Shown here: piece by piece, positions 62,433 through 64,000 of the stretch
Numbering within the stretch: position 1 is the stretch's first letter
Layout: each line of letters begins with the position of its first letter
Assembly (NCBI RefSeq): GCF_004010195.1
Contig: NC_057719.1
Span: forward strand, 21,156,418-21,220,417
Source of the DNA: Chiloscyllium plagiosum
Lineage: Eukaryota
Length of the DNA stretch: 64,000 bases
Reading direction: 5' to 3'
Translations under genes and position numbers: made by a program
The notes under the pieces: generated by a model
Told to the model about the DNA's origin: nothing
Databases searched by the model: none
What the model saw: only the letters and a program-made list of their open reading frames with translations

Positions 62433-64000
62433 TTTTTTAACCCAAGTTTGCAATCATGTTTGGGGCAGTGTGCATGTAAGTGGATACAATTTAAAAAACT
62501 TTTTTGACCTAGTACTTTAGAGATTAATACTGACTGCTTTTAATCTCTGGTTATGTATTGCTTAAAACCAGTTGCACTCAAGCCACAGACTTAACTTAAT
62601 GGTTCAATGACTGCACCCCAAAGCACATGACATTATTCGTGGAGTTTTGAGTGTTGAGCCTGCATTATGAAGGTATTAGATTAAAGCGATGTAGCAGATT
62701 TTTTCATGCATCTGACACTGCAAACAGGGTAATAACATAAAGACAGGACCGAAATTATGTCAGCAGGAATTGTAAAGGAAAATAATCTTTATGATGAAGG
62801 TTGAATAATCAACCATCCCTTTTCAGGCAAATATTCCAACCCTAAGGTTCAAGATAAATTTCTAAGGATTACCAGTACAAGAGAATGACTTCTTAATGAT
62901 GCCTTTGTTCAGGAGGGACACATCCCACGTTTTCACACATGCCAGTGATATAATAAAGTGACATCTCCAATGCTCCTGTGTAATCAAGTAAATCATTAAG
63001 TACTGTCCTGAATGGAAGTGTGTGACAACTTGACAGAGAGAAATTTATCATTGCTTTCTTGGGAATTAATGAAGTTCCCAAATTTTAATGAATTACTTTC
63101 AACATCAGCGCTGTCTTCCCTGAGCTATGGCATTGATTAATACTTCATTTTGAAATATTTGTGATACAATAGGCAGACTTCTTTGGACCTTTCTCCTCAT
63201 TGGGATGGTAGGTCCTCTGCAAAAATGTTTCTTTTGAAGTTGGCATTAATCTAACAAGGTCTTGGTTGACAATAAATATCCATGAATTTCGAAAATAATC
63301 AGAAATAAAGTCAAAAACGATGAAAATGTGGAGCAGGCCTGTCTACAATCGAAAGAGAAAGATAAGATGATGTTTACATTATGTAGCAGAGGTGATTGAG
63401 ACTTCAGTAACTTGCAGCATTGGTGCAAGGTTGTTTTCTGGGTCTTGTCCATTTTCTAGCATTTATGGGTTCCCCTCTAAGAGGCCATTGGCCTGGGAGG
63501 ATGCTGAACACAAGGCTCAGAAGGCTTCTTTAGGTGAGGACCAGACTGAGTTGAAGAAGGGTTAAATCAGAAACTATGTGAAGGTAGTGAGAGCAGCAGA
63601 TGGAGTCCAGGACTGGTGAATTGCAGCACTGGAGGGAAAAAAAACACTGAAATGACAGCCCAAGGACTATGGGAATGGTTAGATGACTGGAAAGAGAAAT
63701 TGGAGCAGATTTGTCAACTGGAGACCTAGGCAGACCATTTGTATAACACCCTAGACCCTGAGAAGTGAAAAGAGAGGAAGATTCTCTTCCTGCTGGGCAA
63801 ACAACATAACTTGGTTCCGTGATCTTGGGGAATTAGTACAGCTGGCTCCACCAAATGAACATTGTTACTTTGCTGTTGAGAGATCAGAAGCTCATCTTCA
63901 AAAGGTCCAGCTAGTGGATCTAGAGTGCCAAGCAAATGCACTTTGTCTTGTTTCTCAGAATACAACTTTTCCATTGAATTCTTCATTCAATTGTTTCCAA

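Noticed and set aside
63726..63986. 86-aa ORF and other short ORFs in unique-looking DNA (e.g. 57434-57658, 37079-37489)
   Set aside because: No recognisable protein similarity or coherent exon structure; lengths are compatible with chance.

Overview
Non-coding, repeat-dense vertebrate DNA, almost certainly from a shark/elasmobranch (HE1-type V-SINEs, a Deu-domain SINE, abundant CR1). I recognise no host gene exon; most ORF-track entries are transposon fragments or chance ORFs. Main contents: one near-full-length CR1 LINE (intact ORF1, disrupted ORF2) plus many truncated CR1s; a Tx1-clade cluster inserted in phase into a 41-bp tandem repeat; three families of Penelope-like elements (PLEs), each ending in a minimal hammerhead ribozyme motif; SINEs, a MITE and a GAGCT-rich minisatellite. 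The most striking pattern is about ten palindromic (fold-back) PLE insertions, most flanked by 10-18 bp target-site duplications, with one complete and one truncated arm. One of them holds an inverted ~420-bp copy of nearby genomic DNA between its two ribozyme arms, and a CR1 insertion shows the same fold-back plus flank copying. All calls were read by eye without database searches; boundaries are approximate.
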